64,000 bases of DNA, from NCBI GenBank assembly GCA_041687695.1, contig JAWLBL010000006.1:128001-192000 (forward strand). Direction: 5' to 3'. The position numbers were made by a program, and so were the translations under genes. The stretch comes from Myxococcota bacterium (GTDB lineage Bacteria > Myxococcota_A > UBA9042 > PHBI01 > JAWLBL01). The notes below the pieces were generated by a model, which saw only the letters and a program-made list of their open reading frames with translations, was not told the origin of the DNA and did no database searches. Positions 9,153 through 23,455 of the stretch are shown piece by piece (the first letter of the stretch is position 1; every line of letters begins with the position of its first letter).

Positions 9153-10955
9153 GTGCGAATCACCGACGCCCTGCGCTACCGCCCCATCGTGGGCTGCGAC
9201 CTCGCCGACGACGGCCGCCGCGTCGCCATCGCCTACCCCCGCTACGTCCCCGGCCAGCCCGAGCGCCCGGTCACCCTCGAGGTCGCCGACCTCGACGCGC
9301 CGTCCCTGCGCTGGACCCGCCCCGCCCCGGACCCCGCCGTCCGCAGCCGCTACCAGCCGGTCTTCGCGCCCGACGGCCGGCGCCTGGCCTGCTTCCAGGT
9401 CACCGGCACCGCTCTGGGCGCCGCCCTCCTCGACGCCGCCCAGCCCGACCGCCCGGCCACCGTCCTCGCCTCGCTCCCGCCAGCCGCCGCGGCCCTGAAG
9501 TGGCGCGGCCCCGACCCGACCTGCCTCGGCGAGGACCCCGCCGGCTACCGCCGCGTCTTCGCCTGGGCCGACCCCGGCCGCCCCCCGGTCCCGCTGACCG
9601 CCGAGGGCGTCCACGCCGGCGACTTCGCCTTCAGCCCCGGCGGCGCCCGCCTCGCCTGGCTGCCCCTGCCGCCCCTGGGCCTGCCCGGCCAGCCCGAGCC
9701 CCCGACGCCGCTGCACGTCACCGACGCCGACGGCCGCCACGGCCGCACCGTCCGCCTGCCCAACCAGCCCCTCGGCTGGCTCGCCTGGTCCCCCGACGGG
9801 CGCCTGCTCGCCTGGCTCGGCCGCTCGCGCGCCCAGCGCCTGTCCACGCGCCAGCTCTGGGTGGCCTCGCCCGACGACCCGTCCACCGCCCGGTGCCCCA
9901 CCCGCGCCCTGCCGGGCTGGATCACCGGCTTCGACTGGCTGCCCGACGCCTCGGGCCTGGTCGTCGCCGTCGTCCAGGGCACCTACGGCCGCCTGTACCG
10001 CTGCCCCCTGGACGGGCCGCCGACCCCGCTCGGCCCGCGCGAGCGCTACCTGTCCGCGCCCCACGGCGACCGGTCCCGCGGCCGCCTGGCCTTCCTCGAC
10101 CAGGACGGCGGTACGCCCCAGCGCCTGTGCCTGCTCGAGCCCGGCGCCGCCCGCGCGCGCCCGCTCACCCGCCTGCACCGCAGCCTGCCCGCCGGCCTGC
10201 GCCCCGCCGAGACCGTCACCTGGACCGCCGTCGACGGCACCCGCCTCGACGGCGTCCTCGTCCGCCCCGCCGCGCCCGGCCCGGCGCCCCTCGTCGTCTG
10301 GCTCCACGGCGGTCCGGCCGAGCACGTCGCCCGCACGTTCTCACCGTACTTCCAGACCTTCGCTGCCGCCGGCTACGCGGTCTTCGCGCCCAACTACCGC
10401 GGCTCGACCGGCCGCGACGACGCCTTCTTGCGGGCCAGCGTCGGGGATCTGGGCGGCGCCGACGGCGACGACGTCCTGTCGGGCATCGACCGCCTGGTCC
10501 AGATGGACGTCGCCGACCCCGGCCGCGCCGCGCTGGTCGGCTGGTCCTACGGCGCCACCCTGGCGCTGCTGCTGGCGACGCGCTCGTCCCTGTTCCGCGC
10601 GGTCGTCGCCGGCGCCCCGGTCGCCGACTGGGTGTCCTTCTTCGGCTCGCCCCAGGTCTCGGGCGTCTACGGCGAGTACTTCGGCGCGCCCCTGTGGGAG
10701 GACCGCGCCCCCTACGACCGCGCCTCGCCCATCAGCCACGCCCGCCGCCTGGACGTGCCGACGCTGCTGCTGCACGGCGGCGCCGACCCCATCGTGCCGC
10801 CGGCGCACGCGCGGCTGCTCTACCGCGCGTTGGCCGCCCGAGAGGTCCCCACCGACCTCATGGTCTACCCGGCCGAGGGGCACGTCCTGTCGGGGAGCGC
10901 GGCGGTCGCGGACATGCTCGGGCGCGTGCTGGAGTGGCTGGGACGGTACGTCTGA
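9153..10955 (+). CDS. S9 family peptidase (acylaminoacyl/dipeptidyl aminopeptidase-like)
   Basis: Beta-propeller-type (W/F)SPDG repeats, LHGGP, PNYRGSTG, nucleophile elbow GWSYG, HGGADPIV and YPAEGH. GTG start at 9153 chosen by eye. Confidence 0.88.
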   Translation: MRITDALRYRPIVGCDLADDGRRVAIAYPRYVPGQPERPVTLEVADLDAPSLRWTRPAPDPAVRSRYQPVFAPDGRRLACFQVTGTALGAALLDAAQPDRPATVLASLPPAAAALKWRGPDPTCLGEDPAGYRRVFAWADPGRPPVPLTAEGVHAGDFAFSPGGARLAWLPLPPLGLPGQPEPPTPLHVTDADGRHGRTVRLPNQPLGWLAWSPDGRLLAWLGRSRAQRLSTRQLWVASPDDPSTARCPTRALPGWITGFDWLPDASGLVVAVVQGTYGRLYRCPLDGPPTPLGPRERYLSAPHGDRSRGRLAFLDQDGGTPQRLCLLEPGAARARPLTRLHRSLPAGLRPAETVTWTAVDGTRLDGVLVRPAAPGPAPLVVWLHGGPAEHVARTFSPYFQTFAAAGYAVFAPNYRGSTGRDDAFLRASVGDLGGADGDDVLSGIDRLVQMDVADPGRAALVGWSYGATLALLLATRSSLFRAVVAGAPVADWVSFFGSPQVSGVYGEYFGAPLWEDRAPYDRASPISHARRLDVPTLLLHGGADPIVPPAHARLLYRALAAREVPTDLMVYPAEGHVLSGSAAVADMLGRVLEWLGRYV

Positions 10956-11062
10956 GGCCGTGGCCGTGGCCGTGGGGCCGTGGCCGTGGCGGAGGCCGCA
11001 GCCGTGAGCGTGGCCGTGGCCGTGGCGGAGGCCGTGGCCGTGAGCGTGGCCGTGAGCGTGGC
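10956..11062. repeat. Imperfect (GGCCGT)n hexamer array between convergent genes
   Basis: Direct reading: ggccgtggccgtggccgt...gagcgtggccgtgagcgtggc. Confidence 0.85.
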
Positions 11063-11073
11063 TCGGACCGACG

Positions 11074-12279
11074 CTAGCTGCAGCGCTCCTGGCCGCGCGG
11101 GCACTTGAAGCGGACGTGCATGTGGGCGTCGTGGCCGGGCTCGTGGCGGATCATGCCGTGCATGGCGCGCTTGCCGTGGGGGTACTGGAACATGCGCGAC
11201 AGGGTGCGCTCGGGGACGCCCTTCTTCTTGGCCCACTCGTAGAGGATCTTCTGAACCCGGTAGTTCATGAAGATGTACTCGACGCGCGAGGCGCGGGGGT
11301 TGTCGCCGATGAGCGCGGTCAGCAGGGTCCAGGTGGCCTCGAAGTCCAGCGGGTTGCGGTCGGCGCGGATGAAGGCCTTGGGGCCCTGGCGGGGCTGGTT
11401 TTGGAAGTAGTAGCCGATGTCGGCGTCGCGGCCCGACTGGTGCGACTTGTGCGGCGGGATGCGGCCGCCGTCCTTGGCCGACAGGTCCCCGATGGCCAGA
11501 TCGTGCACCTTCGGGTGCTTCTGCTTGACCTCGGCGATGGTGTTGAGCAGGTGCGTGACCGTCTCGTTGGTCGCCCAGGCGCGGTGCGGGCGGCGCCGGT
11601 AGTAGCCCGGGCCCGCGGGCAGCTGCTCGGCGTTGACCAGCTTGCCGTCCTGCGGGCGGCCCACGGTCTTGCTGCGCTCGGCCGGCCCCTCCATGTATAG
11701 GCTGATGCGGTCGCCGATGCGCAGGCGCTTGGGGTCTTTCTTGGGGTTGAGGCCCTGGATCTCGGTGACGCTCATCCCGAAGCGATGGGCGATGCCGCTC
11801 AGCGTGTCGCCGGACTCGATGGTGTAGACGAACTTGCGGCGCTCGCGCAGGGGCAGCGCGGTCTTGATCTTGAGGTCCTGCCCGACCCGGATGACGTCGC
11901 CCTTGAGGCGGTTGCGGGCCCGGATGTCGGCCACCGAGTCGCCGTAGCGGGCGGCGATGGCCCCCAGGGTCTCGCCCGGCAGCACCGTGTGGGTCACCGT
12001 GCGGGCGCCGCCTTCCTTGGCGGGCCCCTTGCACGTCGGGATGTCCAGCTTCTGGCCGATGGTGATGAGGTCGCCGGAGAGCTCGTTGGCGGTCTTCAGC
12101 TCGTCGACCGTGCAGCCGTGCTTGTGGGCGATGCCACCCAGGGTGTCGCCGCTGGCGACCTCGTAGACGGCCACGGGACGGGGCGTGCGCTTTTTCGGGC
12201 GGCTCGCCGCGGGGGGCGCGGGCAGGGCGACCAGCAGGGTCACCAGCGCGGCCGCGAGGCGCCGGGGCGTCGCGTTCAC
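11074..12279 (-). CDS. LysM x3 plus penicillin-insensitive murein endopeptidase (MepA-like) domain
   Basis: Signal peptide, three LysM repeats (YEVASGDTLGGIA, HTVLPGETLGAIA, YTIESGDTLSGIA), MepA-type motifs IGDLS..GG...HKSHQSGRDADI and GHDAHMHVRF. GTG at 12279 with GGAGAG RBS. Confidence 0.88.
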   Translation of the reverse strand: MNATPRRLAAALVTLLVALPAPPAASRPKKRTPRPVAVYEVASGDTLGGIAHKHGCTVDELKTANELSGDLITIGQKLDIPTCKGPAKEGGARTVTHTVLPGETLGAIAARYGDSVADIRARNRLKGDVIRVGQDLKIKTALPLRERRKFVYTIESGDTLSGIAHRFGMSVTEIQGLNPKKDPKRLRIGDRISLYMEGPAERSKTVGRPQDGKLVNAEQLPAGPGYYRRRPHRAWATNETVTHLLNTIAEVKQKHPKVHDLAIGDLSAKDGGRIPPHKSHQSGRDADIGYYFQNQPRQGPKAFIRADRNPLDFEATWTLLTALIGDNPRASRVEYIFMNYRVQKILYEWAKKKGVPERTLSRMFQYPHGKRAMHGMIRHEPGHDAHMHVRFKCPRGQERCS

Positions 12280-12418
12280 TGGCCTCTCCGTCTCTAAAAG
12301 GGCTGATGATCCAAGGGCATCGGCGCGAGCATGGCGGCGCCGATCCGAGGTGTCCAATCTTTTCGACGGCCTCGGATCCCGCTCGGATACGGGTCCGCCG
12401 CGATGGGCGATCGGTGGG

Positions 12419-12450
12419 CGCTGTATAGCCGCTTTACAGCGAGGTGACAA
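12419..12450 (-). promoter_or_regulatory. Candidate sigma70 promoter for the LysM-MepA gene overlapped by an inverted repeat
   Basis: Minus strand TTGTCA-N17-TATACA (12450-12422). Perfect palindrome CGCTGTA-N9-TACAGCG at 12419-12441. Confidence 0.4.
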
Positions 12451-12468
12451 CCCAATAGGCTGCCGCGG

Positions 12469-17469
<5,001 letters not shown>

Positions 17470-17558
17470 CCGCGAGGCTCGCGCCCCCCCCCGTTTGCAC
17501 CTCCGTCCCCGCGGCGGCTACCCTGTCGGCCTCGCCGCCCGCCCTGGGAGAGACCACC

Positions 17559-19106
17559 GTGGACCGCCGCCGCTTTCTGGAAGTCATGGGCACGACCGGC
17601 CTCGCCGCCGGGGTCGGGCTCGCGGGCGGCCTGTTGACGGGCGGCCGCGCCCGCGCCGCCCCGTGGGGCGAGTATCCGGGCGGCGAGGCGCAAGCCGGGC
17701 TGCTGCCCGAGGGCGTCCGCGCACAGCGCGTGCTGGAGGTCTTCCTGTACGGGGGGCTGAGCCCCTGGGAGACCTTCTACTGCGTGCCGGGGTATGGGAC
17801 GCCCGAGGACCCGCAGTACCCGAACGAGCAGTTCTGGACCTTCCAGTCGGGCGCCAACGGCGTCGAGCCGGTGGTCGCCGACTGCGGCTACGACACGACC
17901 CAGCTGCTGACCGAGCCCTTCGCCACCGACGCGCAGGGCGTCGAGGTCCACTTCGGCCCCTTCGTCCAGCCGCTGCGGGCACGGCCCGACATCACGGACC
18001 GCCTGCGCGTCCTCGTGCAGCGCCACGATCTGGAGCCCCACGAGGCCGCCATCCCGCTGGCCCTGTCCGGCCGCTTCCTCGGCAACCCCAAGCTCGCCGG
18101 CCTCGGCGCCGCCATCGCGCAGTACTGGAACCAGCGCGCCGCCGTCGCCGTCCCGCCGCCGTTCTCCTACGTCCTGTACCCGACCGGCGTCTTCCCCACC
18201 GACAACCTGCGCGCCGCCTCGGCCGTCGGCATGATGCCCGCCAGCGCCCGCCCGCTCGCCATCAAGCTCGAGGCCAGCTCCTCCCTCGGCCAGACCCTGG
18301 CCCGCCAGACCGTCGGCGACCTCCGCGCCGACTACGACGCCCTGGTCGGCCACTACCGCGGCCGCATGGTCGCCCGCTACACCCGCCCCGGCCACGACGT
18401 CCCGGTCCGCAGCCCGGCCCTGACCGACTTCCTCTTCTCGTCGGGCACCCTGCAGAGCACCGACCAGCTCGGCGCCATCCTGCCGCCCGAGCTGCTCGCC
18501 AAGGTCGGCGGCTCGGCCTGCGGCAAGGACAGCGGCCTCGACACGCCCGGCATGGGCATGAAGCTCGCCGCCCACCTCCTGACCCACCCCACCGCCCCGG
18601 CGCGCTACGTCTGCCTGGTCGACGGCGGCCTCATCCCGGCGACCGGCGGCGGCGGCTACGACACCCACACCGATCACACGCGCGACCAGGCCCGCAACCT
18701 CTGGCACACGCTGACCCACCTCACCAGCGTCATCAACGCCCCCGGCGAGGACGACCCCGCGAAGATCTCGCTCGACGACACGCTGGTCATCCTCAACACC
18801 GAGTTCGGCCGCACGCCCTACCCGCAAAACGGCAACGGCCGCAACCACCACCCCTACGGCTACGTGACCGTGATGTTCGGCGGCCCCATCGGCCCCGCGC
18901 AGCGCGGCATCGTCGGCAGCATCGGCCCCGACAGCCTGGCCCAGAGCTGGGTGACCCCGTCCGAGGCGCGCGCCGCCGCCCTGGTCGCCATGGGCATCTG
19001 GCCCTTCGAGCCCGAGGCCTTCGCCGTCGGCGACGTGCGCGACGTCGCCAGCGAGGCCGAGGCCGCCGCCTGGCTCAAGGCCGTCGTCCTGGGTCACCCA
19101 ACATGA
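17559..19106 (+). CDS. Tat-exported DUF1501-family protein
   Basis: GTG with GGGAG RBS. Twin-arginine signal DRRRFL, FLYGGLSPWE, GGYDTH, NTEFGRTP and GRNHHP motifs typical of DUF1501. Confidence 0.8.
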   Translation: MDRRRFLEVMGTTGLAAGVGLAGGLLTGGRARAAPWGEYPGGEAQAGLLPEGVRAQRVLEVFLYGGLSPWETFYCVPGYGTPEDPQYPNEQFWTFQSGANGVEPVVADCGYDTTQLLTEPFATDAQGVEVHFGPFVQPLRARPDITDRLRVLVQRHDLEPHEAAIPLALSGRFLGNPKLAGLGAAIAQYWNQRAAVAVPPPFSYVLYPTGVFPTDNLRAASAVGMMPASARPLAIKLEASSSLGQTLARQTVGDLRADYDALVGHYRGRMVARYTRPGHDVPVRSPALTDFLFSSGTLQSTDQLGAILPPELLAKVGGSACGKDSGLDTPGMGMKLAAHLLTHPTAPARYVCLVDGGLIPATGGGGYDTHTDHTRDQARNLWHTLTHLTSVINAPGEDDPAKISLDDTLVILNTEFGRTPYPQNGNGRNHHPYGYVTVMFGGPIGPAQRGIVGSIGPDSLAQSWVTPSEARAAALVAMGIWPFEPEAFAVGDVRDVASEAEAAAWLKAVVLGHPT

Positions 19107-21526
19107 GCCGCCCAAACGACCGTCCGCTCGCACGCCTGCTGGCGGCCCTCATCGCCATGGCCACGCTCTCGGCCTGCTCCGACGGACCCGGGCCCGCGGC
19201 GCCCTTCGAGGAGACCAAGCAGGCCGACGCCACCCCCGACGAGGACGCCGCGACCCCGGACGGGGCCGACGCCGAGCCCGACGCCGCCGACGCGCCGGCC
19301 GTCCCCGACGTGCCGCCCACCCCCGACGCGGTCCGCGACACCGTCTTCCCCGAGCCCGACGCCGAAGCCGACCCGGGCCCCGAGCCGCCGGGCCCCTTCG
19401 ACCCCGACCCCGAGCCGGTCGAGCCCGACGTCCTGGCCTGCGACGCCGGCCACGCCGCCTGGGCCGCCCGCGCCCTGGTCGCCGTCTACGGCCGCCGCCC
19501 TCTCGGCTCGGCCGAGGTCCGCGTCTGGGCCCGCCTCGCCGAGCAGGCCGGCCGCGCCGTCGCCCTCGACGCCATGATGCGGTCGCCCGAGTACGTCGAC
19601 CGCTGGTTCGACTTCCTGCTCGACGCCCTGCGCGTCAACCGCGTGGGCGACAAGAAGCAGGACACCTGCTACGGCGGCCCGGTCAAGGGCGACGACCCTC
19701 CAGACGAGCCCGGCCAGCTCGCCGCCTTCGTCCGCGACGCGCCGCCCATCGGCGGCGGCTCGGCGGGCGCGTTCAACATGACGGATCTGGTCCGCTCGGC
19801 GCTGCGGCTCGACGACCTCAGCCCGGTCTACCGCGGGCACCTCTTCGCGATGCTCTCCAAGCCCCTCACCGGCGCCAACGTCGACGACCTCGAGATGGAG
19901 ATCACGCGCCGCCGCGACTTCGGAGAGGTCTTCGAGGCCGCCTACCTGCACCGCAACGCCACCTGCACGGTGTGCCACAACAGCACCTTCAGCGTCACCG
20001 GGCACGCGGACCCCGAGCTGGACCGCACCTGGGAGATCCCGGGGCACTTCGAGACCGCCCTGTTCGAGACGCCGGCGGGGCGCCCGGCCGAAGAGGTCCA
20101 CGCCATGCTGCGCCGGATGGGCGTGGGCACCGACAGCATCGCCGCCGCGCGGCCGTGGGGCTGGGCGCCGGTGTGCGGCCGCATCGTCAAACCCGAGAAC
20201 ATCAAGCCCGACCCGGTGGGGACCGACGCCTTCTTCATCGAGGCCCACGGCGCCTACGGCAGCGTCTGGCAGCTCGAGGGCGCACTGGCGGCGGGCTTCG
20301 AAGGGCTGCGCCAGGACGGCCTGGACCGCGACCCGGTCACGCTCGCGGTCCCGGGTCCCGAGGCCTTCGCCTATCTGGTGTCGGTGAACCTCGCCAACCA
20401 GGTCTGGACCGAGATCATGGGCCACCCGCTGACCATCGCGAACTACTTCCCACGCAACCGCGGCCAGCGCGACGCCCTGTGGCTGGCGACCGAGCGCTTC
20501 GTCGAGCAGGGCTTTTCGCTCAGGGCCCTGATCCGCCACGCCGTGCTGGACCCGCGCTTCAACCAGCTGGACCCCGAAGCCGGCTGCGGCGCCGACGACG
20601 GCTACTACATGCGCCCGACCTTCGACCCGTGGACGGTCCACGAGGACGACCCGGCGCGCCAGGGCAACGGCGCGGGCGATCTGCTGGTGCGGCTGCCGGC
20701 GCGGACGCTGCTGCGGACGATGGTGGCGGCGCTGGGCTGGCCGGCCCCGTCGCGGTGGCCGAGCGGCGCCGAGGAGACCCTGCACGTCGCCATCGGGGCC
20801 TTCACCAAGGACGCCGAGCCGGGCTTCCGCGGGGTCGACTTCCAGGGGCTGCTGGCCTGGGAGGACGCCCACGGGGTGTGCAGCCAGCCGATGCTGGGCG
20901 AGCTGACGGGCCCGGGCTGCACGCCGACCGACAAGAAGGGCTGCGGCGGCTGCTCGTGCCAGGCCTGCGTGTGCGATCTCGACCCCTACTGCTGCGACAC
21001 CGCGTGGGACGGGCAGTGCGTGACCGAGTGCGAGGAGGACTGCGGCGGCTGCGACGTCGAGACCGTCCCCGAGCCGGTCGAGGACTTCGTCGCGCGGCTG
21101 TTGGCGGCCGCCGACGGCGACGCCGGGCTGCGCCTCGAGGAGGTGGTCGTCGCGCTCAAGGACCGGCTGCTGCAGGCGCCGGACATCGCGCCGGACGAGG
21201 CGCCGCTGCTCGAGGCGCTGCTGGGCGCGCCGCTGGCCACGCCGGTGGGCGAGGTGCCCGAGCTGGACGCCCGGCTGCGCGTGCTGTGCGGCCTGCTGGC
21301 CCAGACGCCGCAGTTCCTGCTGTCGGCCGCGCCCGAGGCGACCGACGCGGCCGGCCCCGAGCTGGTCCTGCCCGGCGAGTCTCTGGCGGACCATTGCGAG
21401 CGCGTGCGCCCGCTGTGGGACGCCGACACCTGGTACCTGTCGTGCGGCGACGCCGACGTCCTGCTGCTGCCGCCCCTGCCTGCGAAGCCCAACCCGACGC
21501 CCCCCGACGAGCAGGCGCTCCCGTGA
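19103..21526 (+). CDS. Large lipoprotein with CxxCH heme-c-like motif (DUF1549/DUF1553-like partner of DUF1501) and Cys-rich insert
   Basis: ATGA overlap with the upstream stop. Lipobox LSAC, SPEYVDRW, CTVCH, ANQVWTEIMGHPL, FVEQGFSLRALIR, and a CQACVCDLDPYCCDTAWDGQC module. Confidence 0.7.
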   Translation: MSRPNDRPLARLLAALIAMATLSACSDGPGPAAPFEETKQADATPDEDAATPDGADAEPDAADAPAVPDVPPTPDAVRDTVFPEPDAEADPGPEPPGPFDPDPEPVEPDVLACDAGHAAWAARALVAVYGRRPLGSAEVRVWARLAEQAGRAVALDAMMRSPEYVDRWFDFLLDALRVNRVGDKKQDTCYGGPVKGDDPPDEPGQLAAFVRDAPPIGGGSAGAFNMTDLVRSALRLDDLSPVYRGHLFAMLSKPLTGANVDDLEMEITRRRDFGEVFEAAYLHRNATCTVCHNSTFSVTGHADPELDRTWEIPGHFETALFETPAGRPAEEVHAMLRRMGVGTDSIAAARPWGWAPVCGRIVKPENIKPDPVGTDAFFIEAHGAYGSVWQLEGALAAGFEGLRQDGLDRDPVTLAVPGPEAFAYLVSVNLANQVWTEIMGHPLTIANYFPRNRGQRDALWLATERFVEQGFSLRALIRHAVLDPRFNQLDPEAGCGADDGYYMRPTFDPWTVHEDDPARQGNGAGDLLVRLPARTLLRTMVAALGWPAPSRWPSGAEETLHVAIGAFTKDAEPGFRGVDFQGLLAWEDAHGVCSQPMLGELTGPGCTPTDKKGCGGCSCQACVCDLDPYCCDTAWDGQCVTECEEDCGGCDVETVPEPVEDFVARLLAAADGDAGLRLEEVVVALKDRLLQAPDIAPDEAPLLEALLGAPLATPVGEVPELDARLRVLCGLLAQTPQFLLSAAPEATDAAGPELVLPGESLADHCERVRPLWDADTWYLSCGDADVLLLPPLPAKPNPTPPDEQALP

Positions 21527-22392
21527 GGCGTCTGTCCCGCCGGCTCGCGGCCCTCGCGGTCGCGCTCCTGGTCCTGGCCTTCGCGGTCACCGCCCTCGCG
21601 GCGGGAGGCCAGGTCCAGCGCCACGCCTTCCGCACCCAGGCCCTGGACGAGGTCCGCCACTACACGGTCTACCTGCCGCCCGGCTACGACGCCGACCCCG
21701 AGCGGCGCTACCCGGTCGTCTACGTCCTGCACGGCATGGGCGGCTCGGACCGCGACTTCTTCGAGCGCGGCGGCCTCGCCCGGCAGCTCGACACCCTCAT
21801 CGCGGCGGGCGAGGTGCCGGCCCTCATCGCCGTGGGCCCGGACGGCGACAGCGGCTATTGGGTGAACCACCTGGACCGGCCCACTCGCAAGGGCCGCCGC
21901 TTCGGCGACTATGTCGCCCTGGATCTGGTCGCCGAGGTCGACGCCCGCTTCCGCACCCGCCCCGACCGCGCCCACCGCGCCCTGGCCGGCGTCTCGATGG
22001 GCGGCTTCGGCGCCGTCTCGCTGGCCCTGACCCACCCCGACCGCTTCGGCGCCGCGGCCAGCCTCTCGGGCGCCCTGTTCGCCGAGGCGCCGACCCACCG
22101 CAAGATCTACCGGCCGGTCTGGGGCCACCCGCCGGACGCCGCCCACTGGCGCCGCACCAGCGCCGTGGCCCTGATGAGCCGCCTCGAGCCCGGGCCCGCC
22201 GCGCCCCGCCTGTACCTCAGCTGCGGCCGTCAGGACCGCCTGGAGTTCGCGCCGCTGGCCCAGGCCGCCTCGGATCTGTTGAACGCCCGCGGCGTCGACC
22301 ACGCCTTGCGCCTGACGCCCGGCGGCCACACCTGGGATCTGTGGGCCGCCGAGGGGCCGCACTGGCTGCGCTGGGTGGCCCGCCCCTGGTGA
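21523..22392 (+). CDS. Secreted alpha/beta-hydrolase (putative esterase family)
   Basis: GTGA overlap with the upstream stop. Signal peptide, VYLPPGY, RYPVVYVLHG, GVSMGG, CGRQD and GGHTWDLW. Confidence 0.88.
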   Translation: MRRLSRRLAALAVALLVLAFAVTALAAGGQVQRHAFRTQALDEVRHYTVYLPPGYDADPERRYPVVYVLHGMGGSDRDFFERGGLARQLDTLIAAGEVPALIAVGPDGDSGYWVNHLDRPTRKGRRFGDYVALDLVAEVDARFRTRPDRAHRALAGVSMGGFGAVSLALTHPDRFGAAASLSGALFAEAPTHRKIYRPVWGHPPDAAHWRRTSAVALMSRLEPGPAAPRLYLSCGRQDRLEFAPLAQAASDLLNARGVDHALRLTPGGHTWDLWAAEGPHWLRWVARPW

Positions 22393-22426
22393 CCGGGCAC
22401 TATCGCCCTCGATTCAGGAATGGCCA

Positions 22427-22446
22427 ATGAAACCCGCCGGTTTCAT
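22427..22446. promoter_or_regulatory. Palindromic candidate regulator-binding site
   Basis: ATGAAACC-N4-GGTTTCAT, a perfect inverted repeat in a lower-GC intergenic region. Confidence 0.35.
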
Positions 22447-22656
22447 CGGGCATCAGCTCGTCCTGAGTCCATCGTGCAGGCGACGGCGACGTTTCTTGAC
22501 GTCGTCGGTTTCCAAGGTCAAACGGGGGCCGCCCAACGTCTGGCTTGTCCGACGCGGGCGCATGCGCTTACCTTACGCGTATCCCTCCCCGCAGCCCTGC
22601 GGACACTCCCCGCTTGCCTCCTCCCCTCCCGCGTTGCCCACGAGAAACGGCTCGTC

Positions 22657-23277
22657 ATGCCCATCCCCAAGCTTGGTGACATCATCGAGGCCTACTGTGG
22701 CCGCTGTAAGCTGAACCTGGACACCTCGGTGGCGGCGGTCGTCGGCGAGGAGATCGTGTCGGTCGTCTGTCGCACCTGCGACGAGAAGCAGAAGTTCCGC
22801 CCGCCCAGGCCCGAGAAGACCGTGGCGCCGCTGGCGTCGCGCACCGCCGCCGGCGGCGGGCGCCGCGTCGTCGACGTGTCGGCGATGAGCAAGTCCAACC
22901 GGTCGAGCGCGGGCAAGTCGCGCACGGCCACGCGCCGCCCGGTCCGCACCGACGAGCACCCGCGCCCGGCGGCCACCCGGCGCCAGCGCAGCGACTCACC
23001 CGAGATCATCGCGCTGCGGGCGATGTTTCAGCGGTGGGACCAGGCCACCGCGGGGGTCGACAGCCGCTTCGCACGGCCGCACCGCGAGGAGGAGGCCTAC
23101 GACCCGGGCGAGGCGATCCTGCACAAGATGTTCGGCATGGGCATCGTCGAGGACCGGACCGAGGACGGGACCCTGACCGTGCTCTTCCGCAACGGCGTCC
23201 ACAGCCTGCCCTCGACGCCGCCCGAGCGCCTGCCGCCGCCGGTGCTCGACCTCGACCAGGAAGACCCCGAGGTCTGA
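22657..23277 (+). CDS. Hypothetical protein: N-terminal Zn ribbon, basic linker, C-terminal Tudor/SH3-like domain
   Basis: CGRC...CRTC. C-terminal YDPGEAILHKMFGMGIVE...LTVLF resembles the PcrA/UvrD C-terminal Tudor pattern. Confidence 0.75.
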   Translation: MPIPKLGDIIEAYCGRCKLNLDTSVAAVVGEEIVSVVCRTCDEKQKFRPPRPEKTVAPLASRTAAGGGRRVVDVSAMSKSNRSSAGKSRTATRRPVRTDEHPRPAATRRQRSDSPEIIALRAMFQRWDQATAGVDSRFARPHREEEAYDPGEAILHKMFGMGIVEDRTEDGTLTVLFRNGVHSLPSTPPERLPPPVLDLDQEDPEV

Positions 23278-23455
23278 CCGCCCGAGCGCCGCGCCAAATG
23301 CCGCGCGCGGCCGGCCCCGCACCGCGGGCGACCTTCGCGTTCGCATCCTTGTCGGCCCCACGGCCCTCGTTTAGGCTCCGCTCCCGTCCGCCCACCCGTG
23401 ACAGGTGGCGCCGACCCCCAAGCCTACCGCGACGACGAACAAGGGAGCACGAGCC

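Noticed and set aside
12421..12439. LexA/SOS box
   Set aside because: CTGT and ACAG are separated by 11 nt rather than the 8 nt of the gammaproteobacterial box.
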